Positions 18,995 through 29,042 of a stretch of DNA of 64,000 bases are shown one piece after another. The position numbers and the translations under genes are program-made. Below the pieces are notes generated by a model. It worked only from the letters and a program-made list of their open reading frames with translations. It was not told where the DNA came from and searched no databases. Position 1 is the stretch's first letter. Each line of letters begins with the position of its first letter. The stretch is from a virus, in the IMG/VR virus record IMGVR_UViG_3300042384_001374, positions 1-64,000 of that record; one strand, 5' to 3'.

Positions 18995-20842
18995 ATGAAG
19001 ACTACATCAGCTAGCACTTATGCCTCCGCGTTCATCGACACGATGGCGTATTCCGACATCAACGGCAACGTCGCCGAGTCAATCGAAGACGCGCTTGCCG
19101 CCAACTTCAGCCGTGACTTGTTCACGCCCACCCACAACCTGCCTGCCGACATCTTCAAATCAGACGAACTGGTTCACGTCATCAAGCCATCGTTGGTCAG
19201 GACAATGGCCCAAGAACTCGCCGCGTTCCACGACCGCCGCCGCTTGGCAGACGCGCGCTGGACCCAAAAATCCACGTTGTTCTCAAACTTCGGCCGCTGG
19301 CTGCAAGCGGACGAGAAGGCCATCGTAGCCAATGCCAAGGAAGGCTTGGAATCAGTTGAGGACCGCTTGGGCGTCCTGCCCTACGTAGTCGAAAAGATCC
19401 GCTCACGCAAAGCGTGGAAAGACGAGCAAAACGTCGCGCAAGACCCAACGAATTATGCGGACACCTCGCTCGACTACGATCTGCCGCCACGCACCAAAGG
19501 ACGCTCGCACGCTCCGGCGTATTACAGCATCACCGGACCAAGCGGTCGCACCATCGACCTGAGCCAACCGCACAACGCGTTCAAGCCGATCCTCTCATCC
19601 AATCCAAACGATGCGTTCCGACGCTTCATCACCCGCTTGGGTGTGGACCGCAAAGGCGGCGAGACCGAGTTGCTAAACCTGTTGCTCAAGGCCGACAAAG
19701 TGACTTGGGTCAATGCCAACGGCGAACCGTGCAGCGACTACAAGTGGCTGCCGAGCTACGTCAGCTCAATGCGCAACGGTGTGTGGTTCGTGATGGTCGG
19801 CTGGAAGCTCAACCCAAAGTGCCAATACGGCCAGTTCCACCGCGAGCTGCCTGACGGTTCGATGGTGATGCCGTTCATCGAGAACGCATCCGGCGAGCTT
19901 GAGCCATTCATCCCCGGCGTCCACATGGAGTCGGACATCCTCACCACTTCGCAACTCGACTACAAGCTGCTCTGCGAAGACAGCGGCATGGCAATCGTGG
20001 ATAAGAACGAGGACATCGTCGATTACATGAACGAGTCGGAAGAACTCGTCATGGAAGGCTTCATCCGCGACGACGACCACGCCGAAGAGGAGGTTGACAA
20101 CTGGCTGCTAATTCAAGCTGCGTCCGAAATGGACCGGATGATCGACCTACGAGTCGGTTCGGCAGTGTGGCTGATCGACGGCTTCGACGATCAGGTGTTC
20201 ACGCACACCCGCAGTGTAGGTGCAGAGTGCCACAAGCTAAAGATGCTCATCCGCGACAAAAAAGCTCAAATTGCCGCATTCGTCACATCAACGCCACCTG
20301 ATGGTTTCGATGCTGAGTCGCGCAATGCCGAAGGCAAAGACCTCGCCTATGCCTTGGAAGCACTCCAGAGCAAGCTCACGTCCACCCGCGCCAACTACCG
20401 CTTGGCCAGTGAGGATTTGAAAGCGCAAACGCGTCAAACACTCTGGGAAGATCGCCTGCCACGCGAATGCGTAGGCACACCACGCTCGTCAGCTCCGGAT
20501 GCCTTCAGCGCACCATTGCCAACAAGTGTGAATGTGCTGGGCGGGCATCCCATGGCAGGTGCGAACGTGACGGTCATTCAAGGTGCGTCTAACGAGCCGC
20601 GCAACATCGCGATTTTAGCCAAGGCTAAAGTAAACGCGGTCGAACGCATCGTCCCAACCGCCAATCCGATGCGCTTGTTGCAAAACGGCCTCACACGCCT
20701 CTGCACCACACCTACGGGCAATGTATCCACCCGGATGGCTGCAAAGCCTCCTGTGCGTCACACAACACCCGCAAACGCATCACCAAAGCTCAAGCGCACA
20801 TTGCTGCGCATGATGCTCGGTGGCAAGCCGCTGAATGCATAA
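18995..20842 (+). CDS. Hypothetical early protein (615 aa)
   Basis: Long ORF with phage-like codon use; no family recognised. Confidence 0.7.
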   Translation: MKTTSASTYASAFIDTMAYSDINGNVAESIEDALAANFSRDLFTPTHNLPADIFKSDELVHVIKPSLVRTMAQELAAFHDRRRLADARWTQKSTLFSNFGRWLQADEKAIVANAKEGLESVEDRLGVLPYVVEKIRSRKAWKDEQNVAQDPTNYADTSLDYDLPPRTKGRSHAPAYYSITGPSGRTIDLSQPHNAFKPILSSNPNDAFRRFITRLGVDRKGGETELLNLLLKADKVTWVNANGEPCSDYKWLPSYVSSMRNGVWFVMVGWKLNPKCQYGQFHRELPDGSMVMPFIENASGELEPFIPGVHMESDILTTSQLDYKLLCEDSGMAIVDKNEDIVDYMNESEELVMEGFIRDDDHAEEEVDNWLLIQAASEMDRMIDLRVGSAVWLIDGFDDQVFTHTRSVGAECHKLKMLIRDKKAQIAAFVTSTPPDGFDAESRNAEGKDLAYALEALQSKLTSTRANYRLASEDLKAQTRQTLWEDRLPRECVGTPRSSAPDAFSAPLPTSVNVLGGHPMAGANVTVIQGASNEPRNIAILAKAKVNAVERIVPTANPMRLLQNGLTRLCTTPTGNVSTRMAAKPPVRHTTPANASPKLKRTLLRMMLGGKPLNA

Positions 20843-21039
20843 GCCCTTCGGGCGGGAGATGAAAATGTCAGGAGAGAGTGGCGGGTTCGCAAGGACTTGC
20901 CGCTCTCTTGTCTGAAAGGGGCCTTGCGACATCGGGCCTGCAATAGCAAATCGACACGCAATACGAATACAGACAAACAGGGGGCGCGACCTGAACGCGC
21001 AACACAACAACCAAACTAGAATCGAACCTACCAAACATC

Positions 21040-21516
21040 ATGAATTCAGAAACCAACATCGAAAACACTGAGGCCCAAATCGAATTCCCAACCGCCGAGC
21101 TGACCGTCAACACGGGCTACATCAAACTGGAAGAGTCGCAAGACACTCCGGCCACCGTCATCACCGCCGAGCCACGCGTCAATGCAGGCGGCAAGCCATT
21201 CATCGCCCTCACGCTTCAACTCGCCGAAGGCCGCACCAGTCACAAAATGTGGGTTAGCACCCCGGCAGCCGCTGCAAATACACTGCGCCAACTCAACCGC
21301 GCATTCGGCATCAAGGCGTTCACCGAGTTGCCATCCATCGTCGATCAAAAGTGCAGCATTAGCTCGCGCTTCGACGACTACTCGCAGCGCATCACGGTGG
21401 CATACATCAACCGCTACAACGAACACGCCAACGACGTAGTGGACCTGTCCAGCCTTGACGCGCTTGCCGCATCCGTGCCAGAAACCACAACCGACCTCGC
21501 AAGCGTCGAATTCTGA
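21040..21516 (+). CDS. OB-fold/DUF669-like ssDNA-binding candidate
   Basis: ATVITAEPRVNAGGKPFIALTLQ beta-barrel pattern with an acidic tail ending in F. Confidence 0.4.
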   Translation: MNSETNIENTEAQIEFPTAELTVNTGYIKLEESQDTPATVITAEPRVNAGGKPFIALTLQLAEGRTSHKMWVSTPAAAANTLRQLNRAFGIKAFTELPSIVDQKCSISSRFDDYSQRITVAYINRYNEHANDVVDLSSLDALAASVPETTTDLASVEF

Positions 21517-21537
21517 TTCCCCCCCCCAACCCCCCCA

Positions 21538-21578
21538 GCCCGCCTGTGCTTAACCGCGCAGGCGGGTTTTCTTTTTGT
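21538..21578 (+). terminator. Intrinsic terminator
   Basis: GCCCGCCTGTGC-TTAACC-GCGCAGGCGGGT-TTTCTTTTT. Confidence 0.75.
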
Positions 21579-22318
21579 GACACTTCAATCATGAAAACCA
21601 CCAAAATCAGATCAATCTTCACACGCAGCCACGCGCAACTCCGCAAAGCCCGACGTGAATACATCAACACGCAGCGCCACGCCATCCTGCAATCCGCCGG
21701 AAACGACGTAATGCACGCTGCCATCTTGGAGATGATCGACTCGGGGCTCTATGCCAAGCCTGCGTCACGGCCCAAATCCGAGCGCTCGTTCCACGACTTC
21801 CGGTTCTCAGTCGCCAGAGCCATCTGGCAAATCGAAAAAGAAATTTGGGGAGCTGAACTCGTTGGGCAATGGCATTTCTGGACCACCCGCAATGGGTTCG
21901 ACATGCAGTTTGGCCGCAACCTCAAACAGCAAAAAATCGCATGAAAACCCGCATCTTGCTCCACCTTGGCTGCCTATTACGCCGTCCGTCCCACCTTGTT
22001 TGGCATTTACGCGGCATCTTACGTGAGTTTGCGCATTGACTCGACGTTTAGCCACGGCTAAAACTTTTCACACATCAATCATTCTATGAAAACAGAAACC
22101 TCCACCTACGTTCCCGGCTACTGGGTGCGCCGCTAAACCAACATGACAACAATCCCCACACCCCCTGAAGAATCCGGCACTGCACGCCGCGACCGTCATC
22201 AAGTCCATCAAACGTTGATGGAGGAACAAAAAGCCCGCATCGTCACCGCCCGCGAGCGGCACAAGCGCGACCACGGCCGCATCCGCTCGTATTCAGGGAA
22301 TTTCTACTAATTTTCCAA

Positions 22319-22657
22319 GCGGCTGTAATGGTTTCGACGTAACTGGAAGACATCAAATAGCATGCAGGGGTTGATCGACTGGCCCCTTTAACAAGTCGAT
22401 CACAGACCAACTGGCAAATTGGAACTCGCGGCCTAAGCCGCAAAACGGTTGGTGAAGCGCCCGCTCCGCACCAACTACAAACCGGGCAACCAAACGCAAC
22501 TCAGCGGCGTAAAGACTGAGTGGTGGAGGATGAAAGGAGCTGCACCACAGCGCCAATCGTCCCTCGGACTGGCCCACCGTGAAGGGCCAACCCATAAGCA
22601 TGTTTGAAGTTTGATAAAAAACAGTTGCGGACGCGGGTTCGACTCCCGCCAGCTGCA
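22319..22657 (+). ncRNA. ssrA: tmRNA (phage-encoded)
   Basis: 5' GCGGCTGTAATGGTTTCGAC and 3' GCGGGTTCGACTCCCGCCAGCTGCA. The acceptor stem has a G3-U pair. Predicted tag ORF GKLELAA* at 22413-22436 follows the AACT resume context. Confidence 0.9.
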
Positions 22658-22706
22658 TTATCTTGGGTTGCGCCATATACGCACGATTCACCGACGTAAT
22701 CGGTGA

Positions 22707-22874
22707 CCCCATATCCATCCATCGACGTGGGCGCGCAAAGTCGCGTTGTTTGAAGTAAAAGGCGAAATGCTGCCAGCTTCATTAAAACTACCTTGGCACA
22801 CAAGCTAGCTACTTGTCACAGCATGTGGAAAATTGCGATGAAGTGTGAGCGACCTGCGGTGGATGGACATGGGG
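22707..22874 (+). ncRNA. Rod-shaped structured RNA, 6S-like candidate
   Basis: 18-bp closing helix CCCCATATCCATCCATCG/CGGTGGATGGACATGGGG; inner helices TCGCG/TGCGA and ATGCTG/CAGCAT flank an unpaired A-rich bubble. Confidence 0.45.
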
Positions 22875-23157
22875 TTAAAGTTTGAAATGTAGCTTTCTCC
22901 CCACGGGACTTAATGACAACTCGCCCGATACCATGTGTTCCTTTGTCCGCTTCGCCCTCGTAAGGGGCCATTCAATAATCTGCGTCTGAAAACTGGACAG
23001 GAGCCGAAGGACCAAGGAGCACCTTGATAATCCTTCCCTGCCTGGTTCATAACGACGATCATGACAGGCCACCATTTTCTCAATGCCATGCTGCCCTTGG
23101 AACGGAATGCGTATCCTAGGAACGTCGCGTCCCTCTCGGGGCGGTGTGGCACCTCAT

Positions 23158-23247
23158 GAAGCAGCTAGTGTATGTGACGTTCCGACAAGACAGTGACACG
23201 CCCTCAGTAGGAAGGAATGCGTCGGTGCAATTCCGGCCTGCTTCACC
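23158..23247 (+). tRNA. Atypical tRNA-like RNA (enlarged D arm, imperfect anticodon arm)
   Basis: Acceptor GAAGCAG/CTGCTTC-ACC and T-arm GTCGG-TGCAATT-CCGGC. Confidence 0.5.
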
Positions 23248-23466
23248 TTTCTTTTTAGCCACAACTAAAATTCACACCATGAGCCAACTCATCGAAGGTC
23301 ATTCGTTTCTGACACACCGACCCAAAGCCACTTGCCGCGTGCTGTGGCGCGTCGCAAACAAGTTTGGAACAAGATACCGCTGGGATAAACAAACCTGCCT
23401 TCACGCCACACAAGCGGACGCGTATAAAGCCGTTGGCCTAGATCCAAACCAAGCTCCAAAAAAACC

Positions 23467-23769
23467 ATGACACCTGAAAAACAACGTGTAGCCATCGCGG
23501 AAGCGTGTGGGTGGAAGTGGGAAAGGCTTTGGACAGGAGAATTACATGGAAAACCTGTCGGAGAACAAGGGCCATTCCGTGAATTGCCCGACTACCTAAA
23601 CGACCTGAACGCGATGCACGAAGCGGAAGAATCACTGCATGGAAATCAATATGTGGAATACACAAATTTGCTTATTGAAATCGAAGGCAGCTTATTTGGA
23701 ATCAGGGCAACTGCCGCAGAACGCGCCGAAGCTTTTTTAAAAACTCTCAATCTCTGGATTAAATCATGA
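23467..23769 (+). CDS. Conserved phage protein (ABA-sandwich-like)
   Basis: AIAEACGW...PDYLNDLNAMHEAE...ATAAERAEAFLKTL pattern. Confidence 0.55.
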   Translation: MTPEKQRVAIAEACGWKWERLWTGELHGKPVGEQGPFRELPDYLNDLNAMHEAEESLHGNQYVEYTNLLIEIEGSLFGIRATAAERAEAFLKTLNLWIKS

Positions 23770-24350
23770 AAACCATCAACACTCTCGGGGAAAACTTTGA
23801 GAAACGGCATCAATTTTTGCTGCAAATTGCCAAGTTAAACGAGGTGGCCATCTGCGGAGGCTGCGCTGCAGCCATTTCGAAAGACCGTCAGGATTACATC
23901 CCAGCCGATCTCGATCTGGTTACCACCAAGGCCAACGCGCTGCGGTTTGTCGATGCGCTCAACCACTTCCTTTTGGACAAGCAGGTCCACTACCGAATCT
24001 ATGCCAACTGCCACAACGACTTTGTGCCAACACCAGCGACAGCACACTTCCGCATCCAATGCCCGTTCTGGGTGCCGGTTTGCTTGTTTATCATCCCGCA
24101 CGACAAGTTCCGCTATTACCGCATCCAAGGCGGGCATCTACTCCAGTTGCCGCAAGACGTGAAACAAGCAGCGGACGCCCTCACCGAGCGGGACGAAAAG
24201 CCGCGCCTCGCCAACGAACTGGCCGAAAAATTTGAAAACAACACCGAACAAATGGATTTGAACGACGACTACCACGACGTGTTCTTCGATCAGGAACCTG
24301 TCGAGTCTAATCCTTTCAACGGCCCCCAATCTTACACCCAATCTTTATGA
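23766..24350 (+). CDS. Nucleotidyltransferase-fold protein (putative)
   Basis: AICGGCAAA...PADLDLV matches the hhGG..DxD motif of the Pol-beta superfamily. Confidence 0.5.
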   Translation: MKTINTLGENFEKRHQFLLQIAKLNEVAICGGCAAAISKDRQDYIPADLDLVTTKANALRFVDALNHFLLDKQVHYRIYANCHNDFVPTPATAHFRIQCPFWVPVCLFIIPHDKFRYYRIQGGHLLQLPQDVKQAADALTERDEKPRLANELAEKFENNTEQMDLNDDYHDVFFDQEPVESNPFNGPQSYTQSL

Positions 24351-25195
24351 ACCGCCAAGAAGCCGTCGAATTGCTCCCGCTCATCGAAGCGTTCATCGCC
24401 GGAGAGACGATCCAATATCTGCAACACGCTGAAAAAAATCAAGCCCTTAGCGTGTGGCGGGACATAGATGACGTGCTCTTCACGGACGTTCCGCAGAACT
24501 ACCGAGTCAAGCCCACGCCTAGAGAGTGGGACATGTGGATAACTCCCAAAGGGGAGCTGACCACTAACAGCGACATGCTAATGCGCGAGTCAGTGCGGGT
24601 CCGTGAAATTCTTGACTAAATCTCTCGTTGAACGCCGCGACGAGCCAACAACGCGCTAGGCCGTGCTGATCGCCTGCCTGTCCGTGAAGCCGGGCAGCCA
24701 CCCAACCCGAACCGGATACGCTTCCTGCTTGCAGCTCCGGGTTCATTTCCCATCATCCGTCCCATGAGCGAACCATCCAAACCTGAGCCGGGCACTAAAG
24801 CGTCGCGACTCGCAGCCGCCAACGAACGCGTCATCTTCTGGAAAATCTGGGCAGAAGAAAGCATCGCGCCTGAATCCAAGGCCTATTTCAAATCACGTTT
24901 AAATCACTGGGAACGGACAGTGCAGCACATTGAAAACGAACCTGTTTAGCCACAACTAAAATCCCATGAAAGTTACCATTGCCGTCATCATACTGCTTTT
25001 GATTGCCGGGCGTTGCACAAGAAGCGCACGCAAAAGCGCTCTTGACGCGTCTAAGCCCATGTATGGCACCAAGTGTCAGCCAGATGCTTCAAAGCCTTTC
25101 TGACCTGCCTACAGCATCCACAAATCCCGCTTAAGCGCGTTGCGCGTGGGAAATAATCGTCTCCAGTCTCAAAACCAAGAAAGAACCACAAAATC

Positions 25196-26380
25196 ATGAC
25201 CTCAAACATCCCCATCCAAACCAAAAAAGCCATCTTCTGGAACTCGTCCATCATTGAGCCCGCCGCTTGGGAGCTTCATGGCGTTTCCAGCAAAGATAAC
25301 CCGGACACCGCCATTGGCAGATTCGGGACTGGTGCTTGTTACTACATTGCCGTGCTGCTGCGCACCGGTCACAAGGTTTCCATCAAGGCCGCTGAGCAAT
25401 GGTATCATTTCGGGTTGATTGACATGGAGTTTCGCGGCAAGGAATTCCAGCGCGTCACTTGCAATGGCAAGGAGTTGTCGTTCACCACCCACTACGGCGT
25501 CAACTGGACCGTAGATCAAGCATACCGCGAAGTTTACGCCAACTGCGCGGATGAAGGCGGCATTCACTTTGTCGGAGAGCCGATGGATGACGGCACTTCC
25601 ATCATCATCGAAGGTGAAGGCGTCCTTGATTCGATGGGCCGACACGAAGAAATCTTTGTCGGCAACCGCGAGCCGTTGGCCGAAACCAAAATTGCCCGAA
25701 TCTACGAAGGCTCCGGCACCATCTACTTTCGCGGCGTCAAAGTGGGCGAGATTGAAAACGCGATGTTTTCTTACGAAATCCTCAACGATTTGGAGCTGAC
25801 CGAAGATCGCTCGATCAAACATCAATATCGGATTCCACAAGAAATCGGCAGAATGGTCTGCACCCAATTGAAAGACAAGAATTTGATTCGCCTCACTCTG
25901 GTTGCGAACGAATCCCGGTGGGAACACAAAATCGACTTTGACTGGACCACATGGAGTTCGGAATTCACCGAGGTTGCCACCGATTTGTGGAAAAACTCGC
26001 CGACCAAGCTGAACAAGCATGTTTTTAAAATGCTTCGAAAAAAAGTCAAAGACATCGGTTGGGAGGCCCGCGATATGGATGAGGACAAGGAAATCATGCT
26101 CGAAAAAGCCAAGGACTTCTTGAAACGCGCCGGATATGAAGTGACCGTCCCCATCAAGCTGGTGAGCAATGAAGACCAAAACAATATCGCGTTCTACTTC
26201 AACGACACCATCCACTTGACCGACAAGTCATTCGAGGAAGGCATGTTCCAATTGGTCCGCACGTTGATGGAAGAGAATTTTCATGCGTGGGGACACCTCG
26301 ATTGCTGCCGCTCATTTGAAGATTTCCTTCAAAAAGAACTCATCAAGCAGGCGTCAAAACGTCTGCGTGACCCACTTTAA
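25196..26380 (+). CDS. GHKL-type ATPase domain protein
   Basis: GVSSK...AIGRFGTG and REVYANCADEG GHKL-like motifs. Confidence 0.65.
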   Translation: MTSNIPIQTKKAIFWNSSIIEPAAWELHGVSSKDNPDTAIGRFGTGACYYIAVLLRTGHKVSIKAAEQWYHFGLIDMEFRGKEFQRVTCNGKELSFTTHYGVNWTVDQAYREVYANCADEGGIHFVGEPMDDGTSIIIEGEGVLDSMGRHEEIFVGNREPLAETKIARIYEGSGTIYFRGVKVGEIENAMFSYEILNDLELTEDRSIKHQYRIPQEIGRMVCTQLKDKNLIRLTLVANESRWEHKIDFDWTTWSSEFTEVATDLWKNSPTKLNKHVFKMLRKKVKDIGWEARDMDEDKEIMLEKAKDFLKRAGYEVTVPIKLVSNEDQNNIAFYFNDTIHLTDKSFEEGMFQLVRTLMEENFHAWGHLDCCRSFEDFLQKELIKQASKRLRDPL

Positions 26381-27044
26381 AAAAATACAGCTATCATCAT
26401 GACCGACATCAACACGTCACGCCCCAAAGGACTTCCAGAAGAATTTTCCAATCCACCACCAGCTCCAGAAGGAATGCGCTGGAAATATCGAGGAATTGGA
26501 TGGGAAGCACCTTCTGAAACAATCTCGGCCAATTACAAAGACGGAAATTGGCACATCGCTCGCGCGTTCGGAAGCATCCTCCATCATTATCTCGAAGCGA
26601 TTCCCATCAAGCCAAAACCACAAGTGTGGACGTTTGAAAGCAAAGGTTGGCAAGAAATCAACAACTTGCGCAAGCAAATCAAAGATTTGACCACAATGCA
26701 TTTTTACCAGCGCGATCAAATCAACGAGCTTGAAGCACGCTTGAACGAAGCACTTTGTTTGCTCAATTCCATTGCTGAAATCGCCGAACAACGCGAACTT
26801 TAGCCGCGACTAAAATGACTCTTGATTCAAATGGCAAACAAGTAAAAGCGGGCGACTTCATCACCAGTGCGTATGGCATCCCCCCTAAGGCCATCCGGGG
26901 CGAAGTGTTCCGCAAAAATGGAAGACTGCGCGTGCTGACGCCCGGTCACAATCCGGCGGAATGTTCGTTGGTAACTTTCAGGAAATGTCTCGGCGATTTC
27001 TGGAAAGAAGAAATAGGATAAAACCCTACCTTTGCCAAAATCCT

Positions 27045-27073
27045 TTGACAAAATCCGACAAAAACCATATAGC
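27045..27073 (+). promoter_or_regulatory. Sigma70-like promoter
   Basis: TTGACA-17 nt-TATAGC. Confidence 0.55.
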
Positions 27074-28601
27074 CGGGTGAACTACGAAGTTCACAGGGCA
27101 GCGCCCGCCGCAGCAAGTAGTCGGATCAGCGTCAAGATCCATCAAATCAAGTCCCCGTGCGAGAGTAAGAATGTTTTCCCCGAACATCGACTCCCACGGG
27201 GCTTCTTGCGTACATTCATCACCAGAAAACCGAACATGAACCTAATCTGTCAAAACACCATGACCGGCATCAAAAACATCTCAACTTTCTACTTTGACAC
27301 AGGTGTCCGTCCTGAAAACCGATTGCACTTGCCGGACAAAGCTGTGTGGCGAGGCACCATGCAATTTCCATTCGAGTGCGAAAATGTCCCGCAAAACGCC
27401 ACTTTGATGTTTCTTTGCGACAATCCAAAGTCTTTTGAATCTGAAGCAGATAACGTCATCGTACGTAAACTTTTGCCGGGTTCCGGAATGATTTCCAAAT
27501 ACGCTTATTTCCGTCTTTCTTTGCAGCTATGAGCTTCAAGCTACAAATCCTTGCCAATCTGTGCCAATGTGGCTCTGGTGAGCCTTGGTGGCGTCTCTAC
27601 GACGCTTCCGCAATCTATGTAGCAAGAGTGTGCGACGTGTGTGAAGCAGCCGTAAAAAGCAAATACAGGCCCGAAATTTTCTCAGATCCGAACTACGAAA
27701 CCGATGAACCGAAAGAACCTGAAGAATTTTAGCCACGACTAAACCCCAACCTTAACCAAAACACCACCATGGGATCAAGAGGAAACACCTACCTGACACA
27801 TCGCAACGACAAGTCGCAAGCCATCACCGATCACATCGACCTTTACTGGCACTCTGACGGCCACAACAACGAAAATTACACCCGCATTGGCCTCAAGGCT
27901 TGCAAGCCACGCTGGAACGATCCTTCTTACGGCACCGCGATGTTTCTCGGCGCTTTGGATGCCGCTAAAAAATGGCCGTCCGGAATCAGCATCGGTTCGT
28001 TCGATGACAACGAGCATGATTTGTTCGAAGTGTGCTGGACCGATAGAAAAGTCCGCAAGTGGCCAAGGAATGCGCACGCTAAAAGCGATATTCTCAATGA
28101 TTTGTCAAAAGCCCTTGAATCTTGGACGTTTCAAGAATTTGTTGATTTTGTGGTTGCTTTACCCGATTTAGAGTAGTAATTCCTTGCCCGTCGAGAGGTT
28201 GCCACTAATCGACAAAGGCTTTGGAGTTGTAGTTGAAAGACCGATTCCAGAAGAACCCGCCCGGTAATGGCAACCTCCCGGTGCGGGTTTTTCATTTTCC
28301 TTCGATCACACGGGTTCGCCGACAGTGTGAGGAGCAGGTAAAAAGTTCGCGACATCGTCCGGTAACGCGGGCTTCGTGGGCAAAGGGGGCAACCTCATGC
28401 TTGAAACAATCTTCAAAACAGGGTGGCGATTCACGCGTTCTTAGCCACCCGCAAGACAAAATGAAAGACGGGACACCTCAGGGGGCCTATACGGATGACG
28501 ACCGATTGAGAGAAGATTGGGAGGGAAGGGGTAAGAGCCAGACTTCTCCGCCAAGCGACCAAGTAATCCTAGGAGCCTTAAGGTGTCCCTAAGAACGCGC
28601 T

Positions 28602-29042
28602 TTGCCCAGTTTCCTTGAAAGCCTGCCGGATGACGACAAAAGAAAACACACCACCAACCCGACAACAGCACTAAACGCCACGCCCACCGTGAGACAGCAC
28701 TTCACAACTTCAGGCAAGCTGACTTTCGGAAAACACCGTGGGAAGTCGTACAAGGAAGTGTTGTTCAAAGATCCTTCGTGGATCAAGTGGGCCGGCCTCA
28801 ACATCGACGGCTTCAAAGAAGCGGTGGCGGCACTTAACAAGCCGGTCAAGCCGAAGCCAAAGCCCAAGCGCCAAACTAAAGAACAAGCGGCCGCAACCGC
28901 CGCCTTCAATAAACTCACCCACAACGAACGCTTGGCCATGATAGCTGAGCGCGTTCGCGCTAGGGAATGGATGGACGAACCGCTCGTTCACGGTTTTCTT
29001 GATTCGTTCACAGCTTTTGACCCTAAAACCGCTCCTTATTAA
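28602..29042 (+). CDS. Protein with FGKH motif (exonuclease X C-terminal/DUF3820-like)
   Basis: LTFGKHRGKSYKEVLFKDPSWIKWA; start uncertain. Confidence 0.55.
   Translation: MPSFLESLPDDDKRKHTTNPTTALNATPTVRQHFTTSGKLTFGKHRGKSYKEVLFKDPSWIKWAGLNIDGFKEAVAALNKPVKPKPKPKRQTKEQAAATAAFNKLTHNERLAMIAERVRAREWMDEPLVHGFLDSFTAFDPKTAPY

Noticed and set aside
25202-26215. 337-aa antisense ORF, and similar ones at 8595-9467, 13149-14009, 41845-42675 and 56220-57275
   Set aside because: Mirror-frame shadows expected from codon bias; unlike the intein HNH they show no recognisable motifs.
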